Part shown: positions 1 to 9,352 of the stretch, piece after piece
Numbering within the stretch: position 1 is the stretch's first letter
How the letters are laid out: every line of letters starts with the position of its first letter
NCBI GenBank assembly: GCA_910586015.1
Contig: CAJUGJ010000013.1
Location: 24,578-88,577, forward strand
Length of the DNA: 64,000 nucleotides
Source of the DNA: an uncultured Lachnospiraceae bacterium
GTDB lineage: Bacteria > Bacillota > Clostridia > Lachnospirales > Lachnospiraceae
Reading direction: 5' to 3'
Notes under the pieces: model-generated
The model's database searches: none
Told to the model about the DNA's origin: nothing
What the model saw: only the letters and a program-made list of their open reading frames with translations
Translations under genes and position numbers: made by a program

Positions 1-114
1 GGAATTGTATTTTTTCATGAAACCATTACAATTAAAAAATTAATAGGAACACTATTTGTTATAACAGGAATTATTATTTATGCAAAAGCAGATGGGAAGG
101 AAGAAAATGGATAG
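1..114 (+). CDS. C-terminal fragment of a small EamA/SMR-like membrane transporter (gene starts upstream of the window)
   Basis: Frame 1 is open from nt 1 (GIVFFHETITIKKLIGTLFVITGIIIYAK...) to TAG at 112-114. The hydrophobic C-terminal helix is typical of EamA/SMR half-transporters. Confidence 0.5.
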   Translation, partial: GIVFFHETITIKKLIGTLFVITGIIIYAKADGKEENG

Positions 115-454
115 TAAGGTTATTTTATATTCTTGTATATTATTAATTGGAGTTTTTATTAGTGCAATTTCACAAGTAATATTAAAAAAAGCAGCACAAA
201 AACAGTATTCATCAAAACTAAAAGAATATTTAAATCCTACAGTAATATTTGCGTATACTATATTTGTAGGAACTACTATTTTATCAGTGATTGCCTATAA
301 AAAGATTCCTCTATCTATGGGAGCGATACTGGAAACTACCAGCTATATTTATGTTACTGTTTTTGGTATAACAATATTTCATGAAAAACTTAATAAAAAG
401 AAGATATTTGCACTTATCTTGATTATAACAGGAATCCTTATTTCTATTATATAA
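107..454 (+). CDS. Small 4-TM EamA/SMR-like membrane protein, second member of a paired half-transporter (candidate lipid-linked sugar flippase subunit)
   Basis: ORF 80..454. The internal ATG at 107 overlaps the upstream stop (ATGGATAG), suggesting translational coupling. About four hydrophobic helices. Sits in a polysaccharide-gene context. Confidence 0.55.
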   Translation: MDSKVILYSCILLIGVFISAISQVILKKAAQKQYSSKLKEYLNPTVIFAYTIFVGTTILSVIAYKKIPLSMGAILETTSYIYVTVFGITIFHEKLNKKKIFALILIITGILISII

Positions 455-480
455 CTTTTTAGAAAGGATTTATTATAAAT

Positions 481-1488
481 ATGAAGATAGAAAAAGAAAG
501 AATAGACTGGTTAGATAGTTTGAGAGGGTTAGCAGCTTTTTTAGTGGTAGTAGGACACGTGGCAATTTTATTTAAAATATATTGGATAGAATCTATCATA
601 TATTTTTTTCATATGCCACTTTTTTTTATGATTTCAGGAATTACATATCAACTTTTTATAAAATGTAATACAGTAAATGATCTAAAAAAGCTATTTTGGA
701 ATAAAATTTTGAATTTATGTATACCTGCTTTTATTTTTATTTCTTTTAGTATATTGATATTTAAAGATAAGAAAGATATCTTTTATTATTATAACTGTGC
801 TTGGTTTTTAATCCACTTAGCATTGATTATGACAATAGTGATTATTCTTCATTATTTAAAACTAAAACAAAAAGATATTGATAGATATGTCTTTATAAGT
901 GCGATTTTATTATGGTTTTTTATTGGAGTAATACAGATTATTCTAGTGAAAAAAGAATACATTGTTTACTCCAAATTTGCTTGTGAAATCTCAAAATTTT
1001 TTGGATATTTTATTTGTTTTTATTTAGGAAAGAACATAAGCAGTTTGTTATATAAAAAAGATTGGAAGAAAAAAATAGATATTAAACTTTTAGCAATATC
1101 ATTTCTATTTTTGATATTACTTATTTTATTTACAATAGCAAAAATTAATACAAATGATAGTTTACCTAAAATAATGATTGGTATACCCGTAAGTATTTTA
1201 ATAATTATTTTGTTTTATCGTTATAAAAAGAAATGTAATAAGTTAGAAAGACTATGTTCAAAATTTTCTATGGAAATATATTTGATTCATAATACAATCA
1301 TTCATGGAATGATTCTACTACTGATAGATTTTGAAAAAGCATCTAAAATAAATATAATACTGTTAATTATATTTGATATTTCTATACCCATATTGATTGG
1401 ATTAATGGAAAGAAAAGTTAAGTTATTTAAGATGATTTTTCGACCAACCAATTTTTATATAGATATAAAAAATAAGTCAAGTTTATAA
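481..1488 (+). CDS. Acyltransferase family 3 membrane protein (putative polysaccharide O-acyl/acetyltransferase)
   Basis: N-terminal [20 protein letters not shown] motif and about 10 TM helices. Lies next to the rfb genes. Confidence 0.7.
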   Translation: MKIEKERIDWLDSLRGLAAFLVVVGHVAILFKIYWIESIIYFFHMPLFFMISGITYQLFIKCNTVNDLKKLFWNKILNLCIPAFIFISFSILIFKDKKDIFYYYNCAWFLIHLALIMTIVIILHYLKLKQKDIDRYVFISAILLWFFIGVIQIILVKKEYIVYSKFACEISKFFGYFICFYLGKNISSLLYKKDWKKKIDIKLLAISFLFLILLILFTIAKINTNDSLPKIMIGIPVSILIIILFYRYKKKCNKLERLCSKFSMEIYLIHNTIIHGMILLLIDFEKASKINIILLIIFDISIPILIGLMERKVKLFKMIFRPTNFYIDIKNKSSL

Positions 1489-1499
1489 AGGAGACCAAT

Positions 1500-2387
1500 A
1501 TGAAGGGTATCATTTTAGCTGGTGGTTCTGGTACAAGGCTTTATCCACTTACTATGGTAACATCAAAACAACTATTGCCAGTTTATGACAAACCAATGAT
1601 CTATTATCCATTATCTACACTAATGTTAGCAGGAATCAAAGAGATTTTAATTATTTCAACTCCACATGATTTACCAAATTTTGAAGATCTTTTAGGGGAT
1701 GGAAGTCAATATGGAATATCGTTATCCTATGAAATACAACCAAGTCCAGATGGATTAGCACAGGCATTTTTATTAGGAGAGAACTTTATTGGAGATGAGT
1801 CTTGTGCAATGATATTAGGAGATAATATTTTTTATGGAAATGGTTTTCGCTCTATTTTAAAGAATGCTGTTATGAATTCAGAAAAAGGAACAGCTACGAT
1901 TTTTGGGTATTATGTCAATGATCCAAAACGTTTTGGAATTGTAGAATTTGATACAGAAGGAAGAGTAATTTCTGTAGAAGAAAAACCAGAGAATCCAAAG
2001 TCTAATTATTGTATTACAGGACTTTATTTTTATGATAAAAGGGTAGTAGAGTATGCCAAAAGAGTAAAGCCTTCCAAAAGAGGAGAGTTAGAAATTACAG
2101 ATTTGAATAGAATTTATTTAGAAAATGAAACACTTCAAGTAGAGCTATTAGGACGTGGTTTTGCATGGTTAGATACAGGTACAATGGATAGTTTAGTAGA
2201 GGCATCAGATTTTGTTCAGACAATACAAAAACGTCAGGGAATTGAGATTTCTGCACCAGAAGAGATCGCATATATTAACCACTGGATTACAAAGGAAACC
2301 CTTTTAAAATCGGCTGTACGCTATGGGAAATCACCATATGGAGAACATTTAAAAAGAGTTGCAGAAGGAAAAATTAATTATTTTTAA
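1500..2387 (+). CDS. rfbA: Glucose-1-phosphate thymidylyltransferase
   Basis: [18 protein letters not shown]...[17 protein letters not shown] signature with full-length RmlA-like sequence. SD AAGGAG upstream. Confidence 0.95.
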   Translation: MKGIILAGGSGTRLYPLTMVTSKQLLPVYDKPMIYYPLSTLMLAGIKEILIISTPHDLPNFEDLLGDGSQYGISLSYEIQPSPDGLAQAFLLGENFIGDESCAMILGDNIFYGNGFRSILKNAVMNSEKGTATIFGYYVNDPKRFGIVEFDTEGRVISVEEKPENPKSNYCITGLYFYDKRVVEYAKRVKPSKRGELEITDLNRIYLENETLQVELLGRGFAWLDTGTMDSLVEASDFVQTIQKRQGIEISAPEEIAYINHWITKETLLKSAVRYGKSPYGEHLKRVAEGKINYF

Positions 2388-2408
2388 AGATAGAAAAGGA
2401 GAAACTCA

Positions 2409-3440
2409 ATGAAAATTTTAGTGACAGGCGGTGCAGGATTTATTGGAGGAAATTTTCTTCATTATATGGTTCAAAACTATCCACAAGATCAAATGGTAAA
2501 CTTAGATCTTCTTACTTATGCAGGTAATTTAGAAACGGTGAAATCATTGGAAGATAAACCAAATTACCGTTTTGTACATGGCGATATTGCAGATAGAGAT
2601 TTTATTATGAAGCTGTTTGAAAAAGAAAAATTTGATATTGTTGTGAATTTTGCTGCCGAATCGCATGTAGATCGTTCTGTAATCAATCCAGAAATTTTTA
2701 TTCAGACAAATGTACTTGGAACACAGGTATTATTGGATGCTTCAAAAACGTATGGTATAAAGCGATATCATCAAGTTTCTACTGATGAAGTATATGGGGA
2801 TTTGCCATTAAACCGAACAGATTTATTTTTTACAGAGGAAACACCAATTCATACCTCTAGTCCATATTCCGCAAGCAAAGCAGGAGCGGATCTTTTGGTA
2901 TTGGCTTATTATAGAACCTTTAAACTTCCAGTGACGATTTCACGCTGTTCAAATAACTATGGACCATATCAATTTCCAGAAAAATTAATTCCCCTAATTA
3001 TAATTCGAGCACTTGAAAATCAACGGCTCCCTATATATGGAAAAGGGGAGAATGTAAGAGATTGGCTTTATGTTACAGATCACTGTAGGGCAATCGATTT
3101 AATTATAAGAAAAGGAAAAGAAGGAGAAGTTTATAATATTGGTGGGCATAATGAAAAGACAAATCTCGAGGTAGTAAAGATGGTTCTTAAAATACTTGAA
3201 AAACCAGAAAGTTTGATTCGTTATGTCACAGATCGTCCCGGACATGATCTCCGTTATGCGATTGATCCAACTAAAATGGAAAGAGAATTGGGATGGAAAC
3301 CAGAGTATACTTTTGATACAGGTATGGATAAGACAATTAAATGGTATTTAAGTAATAAAGAATGGTGGCAGAGAGTTATGAATGGAGAATATCGTAATTA
3401 TATTAAAAATATGTATGATAAAAGATTAATAGAAAGGTAA
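2409..3440 (+). CDS. rfbB: dTDP-glucose 4,6-dehydratase
   Basis: GGAGFIGGNF Rossmann motif and YSASKAGADLL catalytic YxxxK. RmlB-like throughout. Confidence 0.95.
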   Translation: MKILVTGGAGFIGGNFLHYMVQNYPQDQMVNLDLLTYAGNLETVKSLEDKPNYRFVHGDIADRDFIMKLFEKEKFDIVVNFAAESHVDRSVINPEIFIQTNVLGTQVLLDASKTYGIKRYHQVSTDEVYGDLPLNRTDLFFTEETPIHTSSPYSASKAGADLLVLAYYRTFKLPVTISRCSNNYGPYQFPEKLIPLIIIRALENQRLPIYGKGENVRDWLYVTDHCRAIDLIIRKGKEGEVYNIGGHNEKTNLEVVKMVLKILEKPESLIRYVTDRPGHDLRYAIDPTKMERELGWKPEYTFDTGMDKTIKWYLSNKEWWQRVMNGEYRNYIKNMYDKRLIER

Positions 3441-3443
3441 TCT

Positions 3444-4025
3444 ATGGGAAAAATTAAAGTAACACAAGATTGTAATGGAATTCGAGGTTTAAAAATAATA
3501 GAACCAGAAATATTTTTTGATGAACGGGGTTATTTTATGGAAACTTATCAGGCAGAAGAATTTAAAAAGGTAGGAATTTCTGATACTTTTGTCCAAGATA
3601 ATCAGTCGGCTTCAAAAAGGGGAGTATTGAGAGGACTTCATTTTCAGATTCGATATCCTCAGGATAAATTAGTAAGAGTAATTCGGGGAGAAGTTTTGGA
3701 TGTTGCAGTTGATTTAAGAGAGGATTCCGAAACATTTGGTTCGTGGTTTGGTGTAGTATTATCTGAAGAGAATAGAAAACAATTCTTTATTCCAAAAGGA
3801 TTTGCCCATGGATTTTTAGTTCTTTCAGAACAGGCAGAATTTTGTTATAAAGTGACTGATTTTTATCATCCAAATGATGAAGGCGGAATTTTATGGAATG
3901 ACAGAGAACTTGGAATTGATTGGTTTGGAACAAAAAAGATAAGCGAAAAAGATATTATTCTTTCGGAAAAAGATAAAAGATGGGAAAGCTTTCAGCTATA
4001 TAAAGAACAAAGAAAAAGGAGCTAG
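3444..4025 (+). CDS. rfbC: dTDP-4-dehydrorhamnose 3,5-epimerase
   Basis: RmlC cupin motifs (FxDxRGxF, VLRGLHFQ, GFAHGF). Confidence 0.9.
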   Translation: MGKIKVTQDCNGIRGLKIIEPEIFFDERGYFMETYQAEEFKKVGISDTFVQDNQSASKRGVLRGLHFQIRYPQDKLVRVIRGEVLDVAVDLREDSETFGSWFGVVLSEENRKQFFIPKGFAHGFLVLSEQAEFCYKVTDFYHPNDEGGILWNDRELGIDWFGTKKISEKDIILSEKDKRWESFQLYKEQRKRS

Positions 4026-4029
4026 ATCT

Positions 4030-4884
4030 ATGAAGGTACTTGTTACAGGAGCAAAAGGACAATTAGGTTCGGATTTGCTGCTTTGTCTACAAGAAAGAAA
4101 GATTCCATGTCTTGGTGTAGATAGGGATGAATTTGATATTACAGATACAAAGGCAACTAAACGTTTTCTGACAGAGTATCACCCAGATGCAGTCATTCAC
4201 TGTGCTGCTTATACAAAAGTCGATCAGGCAGAGCAAGAGGCAGAACTTTGTTATAAAATTAATGTAGAGGGAACAAAAAATATTGTACAGGTATGTAAAA
4301 TATTAGGTTCAAAAATGCTATATCTTAGTACAGATTATGTTTTTTCTGGAACAGGAGAAAATTTTTATAGACCATTGGATACACCTTCTCCGCTTAATGT
4401 TTATGGAAAAACAAAATATGAGGGAGAACGTCACATTCTTGCTGAGTTAGAACAGTATTTTATTGTACGGGTTTCTTGGATTTTTGGAAAAAATGGAAGT
4501 AATTTTGTAAAGACAATGTTGCGTCTTGGTAAAGAACATAAAGAAATAAATGTAGTACAAGATCAAATCGGTTCTCCGACATATACAAAAGATTTAGTAT
4601 CTCTTCTTTGTGATATGATTATGACACAAAAATATGGGATTTATCATGCAACAAATGAAGGAATATGTAGTTGGGCAGAATTTGCGAAAGAAATTTTTAA
4701 ACAAGCAGGGCTTTCTGTCACAGTAAATCCAATTCTAACCTCCCAATATCCAACAAAAGCAGTCAGACCTATGAATTCTCGTTTATCAAAAGAATGTCTT
4801 ACGAAAGAAGGATTTGAAAGATTGCCAGCATGGGAAAATGCGTTAAAGAGATATTTGGAAGAAGATGTTATAAAAAAGAATTAA
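4030..4884 (+). CDS. rfbD: dTDP-4-dehydrorhamnose reductase
   Basis: RmlD-like (MKVLVTGAKGQLG, YGKTKYEGE). Last gene of the rfbABCD order. Confidence 0.9.
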   Translation: MKVLVTGAKGQLGSDLLLCLQERKIPCLGVDRDEFDITDTKATKRFLTEYHPDAVIHCAAYTKVDQAEQEAELCYKINVEGTKNIVQVCKILGSKMLYLSTDYVFSGTGENFYRPLDTPSPLNVYGKTKYEGERHILAELEQYFIVRVSWIFGKNGSNFVKTMLRLGKEHKEINVVQDQIGSPTYTKDLVSLLCDMIMTQKYGIYHATNEGICSWAEFAKEIFKQAGLSVTVNPILTSQYPTKAVRPMNSRLSKECLTKEGFERLPAWENALKRYLEEDVIKKN

Positions 4885-4899
4885 TATAAAATAAAAAGT

Positions 4900-4933
4900 A
4901 AGTCAGAAATTCAATGTTTCTGACTTATTTTTT
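4900..4933 (+). terminator. Rho-independent terminator after rfbD
   Basis: Hairpin GTCAGAAA/TTTCTGAC (4902-4909 / 4917-4924) followed by TTATTTTTT. Confidence 0.7.
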
Positions 4934-5021
4934 ATCTATTTAAAAATAAGTCTTTGAAAATATTGATTTTTTTTGTACATCTATGCTATGATAAAGAAAT
5001 AAGAATAGAAATAGTCGTAAC

Positions 5022-5543
5022 ATGGAGGATGGAATGGGAGAGGAAAAACCAAAAGTTGTAGATATATTGGATATCAGATATTATTTGGAACATCAGTTAA
5101 TGCCTAAATGGTTTTTGAAGGATACAGAAGTTTTTTTAGCAGCACTGTTAAAACCAAATACAAATTTTCTTTATACAACTATGCAAAAAATTTGTGAAAA
5201 AGAGGAAGTAGAACTACCTTATCAGAAAGAACAATATCAATTAGAAATATTTTCTATTTCGGAAGAAATAGAGGCGATTTGTATTATACTCCCAGAACCA
5301 GAAAAATCTACTCTATGTAAACGTATTTATTTATTATTCGCTCATAAACAAAATAAGTGTAAATTTTTTACAATAGAAAAAGGAGAGATATTTGAGTCCC
5401 GATGTACACTTAATTATATAGAAATGAATTTTTTGGGTGGGTGGGATTTAGAAGAAGAACATTTGGTACATTTAAATTATGGTGTTTGTTTAAATGGACA
5501 AGAGGAAGAAGTAAATAAAATAAAAGAATTATTTTCAACATAA
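5022..5543 (+). CDS. Hypothetical cytoplasmic protein (no recognisable domain)
   Basis: 173-aa ORF following the terminator and a promoter-like region. Start uncertain (ATG 5022 or 5034). Confidence 0.4.
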   Translation: MEDGMGEEKPKVVDILDIRYYLEHQLMPKWFLKDTEVFLAALLKPNTNFLYTTMQKICEKEEVELPYQKEQYQLEIFSISEEIEAICIILPEPEKSTLCKRIYLLFAHKQNKCKFFTIEKGEIFESRCTLNYIEMNFLGGWDLEEEHLVHLNYGVCLNGQEEEVNKIKELFST

Positions 5544-5578
5544 ATTATGAAAAACAAAAGAAAGGATAATACAAAAAT

Positions 5579-6217
5579 ATGAGCCAACAAGTAATAAAAG
5601 TAACCGGAACAGGAAAGATGTCAGTAGCACCAGATCAAATCTGCTTGACTTTTAGTTTGGAAGATACAGTGGGCAGCTATGAAAAAGCAGTCAAAATGTC
5701 AGTAAAGAAGACACAAGAGTTGAAAAACTGTTTAGTTTCTCTAAATTTTAAAGAAAGTGATTTAAAAACGCTCTCTTTTTATGTGAATACCAATTTTGAT
5801 CAGGAAGATAGAAAAAAGATTGTAAGTTATAGTTTTGTACATCGTATGAAGTTAGTTTTTGACAGAGATGAAGAACAGTTGAGCAAGATATTAGAAGCTG
5901 TGTCAAATAGTGAAACAAAGGCAACTTTTCAAATAGAATACCTCTTAAAAGATCCAGAAAAGATAAAAAGTAAACTTATGGAACAAGCTGTAAAAGATTC
6001 TAAAAGAAAAGCAGAAGTGTTAGCATTAGCAGCGGAAGTTAAATTGGGAAATATTGTAGAAATAAATTATTCTTGGGATCAAATAGAATTATATTCCAGA
6101 CCTATGAGTCACAGTTTAGCAGTGCCTGCTTTTCTTAGTAAGAAAAGTTTTAATATAGAACCAGAAGAAATTTCTATTAGCGATACCGTAACCGTAGTAT
6201 GGGAGATAGAAAGATAA
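5579..6217 (+). CDS. SIMPL/DUF541 domain protein
   Basis: The N-terminal 'IKVTGTGKMSVAPDQ' block and overall length are typical of the SIMPL (26-kDa periplasmic immunogenic protein-like) family. Confidence 0.65.
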   Translation: MSQQVIKVTGTGKMSVAPDQICLTFSLEDTVGSYEKAVKMSVKKTQELKNCLVSLNFKESDLKTLSFYVNTNFDQEDRKKIVSYSFVHRMKLVFDRDEEQLSKILEAVSNSETKATFQIEYLLKDPEKIKSKLMEQAVKDSKRKAEVLALAAEVKLGNIVEINYSWDQIELYSRPMSHSLAVPAFLSKKSFNIEPEEISISDTVTVVWEIER

Positions 6218-6288
6218 TTTTTATTATTCATAATTTTCATAAGATTGCACAGACTGTTAGAAAATAAAAAAAGGAGCGGTCTATTCTT

Positions 6289-7773
6289 ATGAAATCTATT
6301 TGGAGTGAAACAATACAGATGCCTAAATATCCTTCTCTTTCTGGAAACTGTTTTACAAAAACAGCTATCATTGGAGGAGGAATAACAGGAATCTTAATTT
6401 CCTACTTTTTAAATGAGGCAGGAGAGGAAAATGTTATCTTAGAGGCAAATGAAATTGCAGGCGGACAGACAAAAAATACAACAGCAAAAGTAACTTCTCA
6501 ACATGGTCTGATTTATTCAAAGCTATTAACTCAAATTGGAAAAGAAAAAACAAGTCAATATGCAAAAGCCAATCAAAATGCAGTTTTAGAATATGAAAAA
6601 TTAATTCGGACAAAAGGAATTTCCTGCGATTGGGAGAGGATTCCTTCTTATTTATATTCATGCAGAGATGTTGTATTGTTAAAGAAAGAAGAACAGGCAG
6701 CAAAAGAAGCAGGCTTAAACGTATCTTTTACAACAAATACAAAGCTGCCCTTTCCTGTTCGTTCTGCTTTAAAACAGGAAAATCAGGCACAGTTTCACCC
6801 CTTAAAATTTCTTATAGGTCTTTTAAACGAAATGACTATCTATGAACATACAAAAGTGGAAAAGATTGAAAATGCAAAAAATGGACTTTATTTACTTTAT
6901 ACTTCAAAAGGAATGGTTACTGCAAAAAGAGTTATTTTTGCCTCACATTATCCATTTATTAATGTACCGGGATATTATTTTTTAAGGATGCACCAAGAAC
7001 GAAGTTATTGTATGGCATTTCGTAATGCACAAATGTTAGATGGAATGTATTATGGAATTGATCCAGATGGATTGTCGTTTCGAAATACAGAAGAATATTT
7101 GATTTTAGGAGGAAGCGGTCATAGAACTGGTGAAAATAGAAAGGGTAAAAATTATGAAAGGCTTAAAAAAGCGGTAGCAGAATTTTATCCTAAAGCAAAA
7201 GAACAAACAGCTTGGTCAGCACAAGATTGTATGCCTTTAGATAATATTCCTTATATTGGAAGGTTTTCCAAAGCAAAGACAAACTGGTATGTAGCTACAG
7301 GATTTCAAAAGTGGGGAATGACCAGTTCAATGGTAGCAGCACAATTAATCTGTGATTTAATTATAGGAAAAAAGAATGAGTATGAAACTCTTTTTTCTCC
7401 ACAGAGAGTTCCAACTCTTTTTTCTATTCCGCAGATTTTAGACGAGGGAAAACATACGTTTAAAGGACTTGGAAGGCGTTTATTTCTATTTCCAAGACAA
7501 CAGGCAGAACAAATTCCTGTAGGACAGGGAAAAGTAATAGAGTATCGAGGAGAAAAGTTAGGAGTGTATAAAGAAAAAAATGGGACAATCCATGCAGTTT
7601 CTGTGAAATGTCCACATTTGGGATGTGAACTTAACTGGAATCCAGAGGAACTTAGTTGGGATTGTCCTTGTCATGGTTCGAGATTTACATTTGATGGACA
7701 TTTAATGGATGAACCTGCACAAAGCAATTTAAAGAGAAAAAAATCTTTTAAAAATAGTTTTCTTTCAGAATAG
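6289..7773 (+). CDS. FAD-dependent oxidoreductase with C-terminal Rieske [2Fe-2S] domain (YhfW-like)
   Basis: N-terminal IIGGGITG dinucleotide fold. C-terminal CPHLGC...CPCHGS Rieske motif. Confidence 0.8.
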   Translation: MKSIWSETIQMPKYPSLSGNCFTKTAIIGGGITGILISYFLNEAGEENVILEANEIAGGQTKNTTAKVTSQHGLIYSKLLTQIGKEKTSQYAKANQNAVLEYEKLIRTKGISCDWERIPSYLYSCRDVVLLKKEEQAAKEAGLNVSFTTNTKLPFPVRSALKQENQAQFHPLKFLIGLLNEMTIYEHTKVEKIENAKNGLYLLYTSKGMVTAKRVIFASHYPFINVPGYYFLRMHQERSYCMAFRNAQMLDGMYYGIDPDGLSFRNTEEYLILGGSGHRTGENRKGKNYERLKKAVAEFYPKAKEQTAWSAQDCMPLDNIPYIGRFSKAKTNWYVATGFQKWGMTSSMVAAQLICDLIIGKKNEYETLFSPQRVPTLFSIPQILDEGKHTFKGLGRRLFLFPRQQAEQIPVGQGKVIEYRGEKLGVYKEKNGTIHAVSVKCPHLGCELNWNPEELSWDCPCHGSRFTFDGHLMDEPAQSNLKRKKSFKNSFLSE

Positions 7774-7829
7774 ATTGGTCTATAATAACAATATAGTAAT
7801 TTAAATAAATGTAAAAAGGGGACACATTT

Positions 7830-9335
7830 ATGATAGGAGAAAGTATTCAAAAATTGATTGGTTATGGGTTGGAGCATAAATTATTGGAAAAGGAAGATGT
7901 GATTTATTGTACCAATCAGATATTAGAGGCATTACAAAGAGTAAGTTTGGAAGAAAAATTGTTAGCATCTAAAACACAAGGTAAAGATTTAGAAGAAATT
8001 TTAAAACCACTTGTAGAAGATGCTATAGCTCGTAATGTAATTGAAGATACACAGACAGAGAGAGATTTATTTGATACAAAGTTAATGGGTTTACTTACAC
8101 CAAGACCTTCTAGCGTAATTCGTACTTTTTGGGAAAAATATAATTTATCTCCAAAGGAAGCAACGGATTTCTTTTATACATTTAGTCAAGATTCTGACTA
8201 TATTCGGAGATATCGAATTTTAAAAGATATGAAATGGAAGACAAAAACTTCCTTTGGAGAATTAGATATTACAATTAATCTTTCTAAACCAGAAAAAGAC
8301 CCAAAAGCTATTGCAGCAGCAAAAAATCAAAAACAGTCTGGATATCCTAAATGTTTACTCTGTGCTGAAAATGAAGGATATGCAGGACATTTAAGTCATC
8401 CAGCAAGACAAAATCATAGAGTTATTCCAGTTAAAATAGATGGTGGATCATGGGGATTTCAATATTCTCCTTATGTTTATTATAATGAACATTGCATTGT
8501 ATTTAATCAAGAGCATATTCCGATGAAGATTGATAAAAGTGTATTCCGGAAATTGTTTTCTTTTGTAGAACAGTTTCCACATTATTTTATTGGTTCAAAT
8601 GCAGATCTTCCGATAGTGGGTGGTTCTATTTTAACTCATGAACATTTTCAGGGAGGAAATTATGAATTTGCAATGGCAAAAGCTCCAATCGAACAAGAAG
8701 TTACGTTTCGTGGATTTGAAGAGATAAAGGCGGGAATAGTAAAGTGGCCAATGTCTGTGATTCGACTTTCAGGGAAAGAGCCAGAACGTTTAACCGATTT
8801 AGCAGATCATATTTTAACATGTTGGAGAGGTTATACAGATGAAGAGGCATTTATTTTTGCACAAACGAATGGAGAACTACATAATACAATTACACCGATT
8901 GCAAGATGCAGGGGAGAAAAGTTTGAATTGGATTTGGTGCTTCGCAATAATATTACAACAAAAGAACATCCATTAGGTGTCTATCATCCTCATGCAAATT
9001 TACATCACATAAAAAAAGAAAATATTGGTCTGATTGAAGTAATGGGACTTGCTGTGCTTCCTTCAAGACTAAAACAGGAATTGGCTCTTTTAGGAGAAGC
9101 GATGTTAGAGGGAAGAGATCTTAAAAAGGAAGAAGCTCTTGTAAAACATAAAGATTGGGCAGAAGAAATTTTAAAGAAACATCCCGAATTTTCAAAGGAA
9201 ACAATGAATTCGATCTTAAAAGAAGAAACAGGACAAGTCTTTTTACAGGTTTTAAAAGATGCAGGAGTATATTCTAATACAGAAGAAGGAAGAAAACAGT
9301 TTTGTAAGTTTTTACATACTGTTGGAATGAGATAA
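7830..9335 (+). CDS. galT: Galactose-1-phosphate uridylyltransferase, type 2
   Basis: About 500 aa with GYPKCLLCAENEGY and HEHFQGG motifs characteristic of family-2 GalT. Confidence 0.9.
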   Translation: MIGESIQKLIGYGLEHKLLEKEDVIYCTNQILEALQRVSLEEKLLASKTQGKDLEEILKPLVEDAIARNVIEDTQTERDLFDTKLMGLLTPRPSSVIRTFWEKYNLSPKEATDFFYTFSQDSDYIRRYRILKDMKWKTKTSFGELDITINLSKPEKDPKAIAAAKNQKQSGYPKCLLCAENEGYAGHLSHPARQNHRVIPVKIDGGSWGFQYSPYVYYNEHCIVFNQEHIPMKIDKSVFRKLFSFVEQFPHYFIGSNADLPIVGGSILTHEHFQGGNYEFAMAKAPIEQEVTFRGFEEIKAGIVKWPMSVIRLSGKEPERLTDLADHILTCWRGYTDEEAFIFAQTNGELHNTITPIARCRGEKFELDLVLRNNITTKEHPLGVYHPHANLHHIKKENIGLIEVMGLAVLPSRLKQELALLGEAMLEGRDLKKEEALVKHKDWAEEILKKHPEFSKETMNSILKEETGQVFLQVLKDAGVYSNTEEGRKQFCKFLHTVGMR

Positions 9336-9352
9336 TAATAGGGAGTGATGAT

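Noticed and set aside
6434-7877. Overlapping ORFs 6434..6703(-), 6630..6845(+) and 7671..7877(-) within or next to the FAD/Rieske oxidoreductase gene.
   Set aside because: They are shadow or alternate-frame ORFs inside a continuous 494-aa protein that has both N-terminal FAD and C-terminal Rieske motifs intact.
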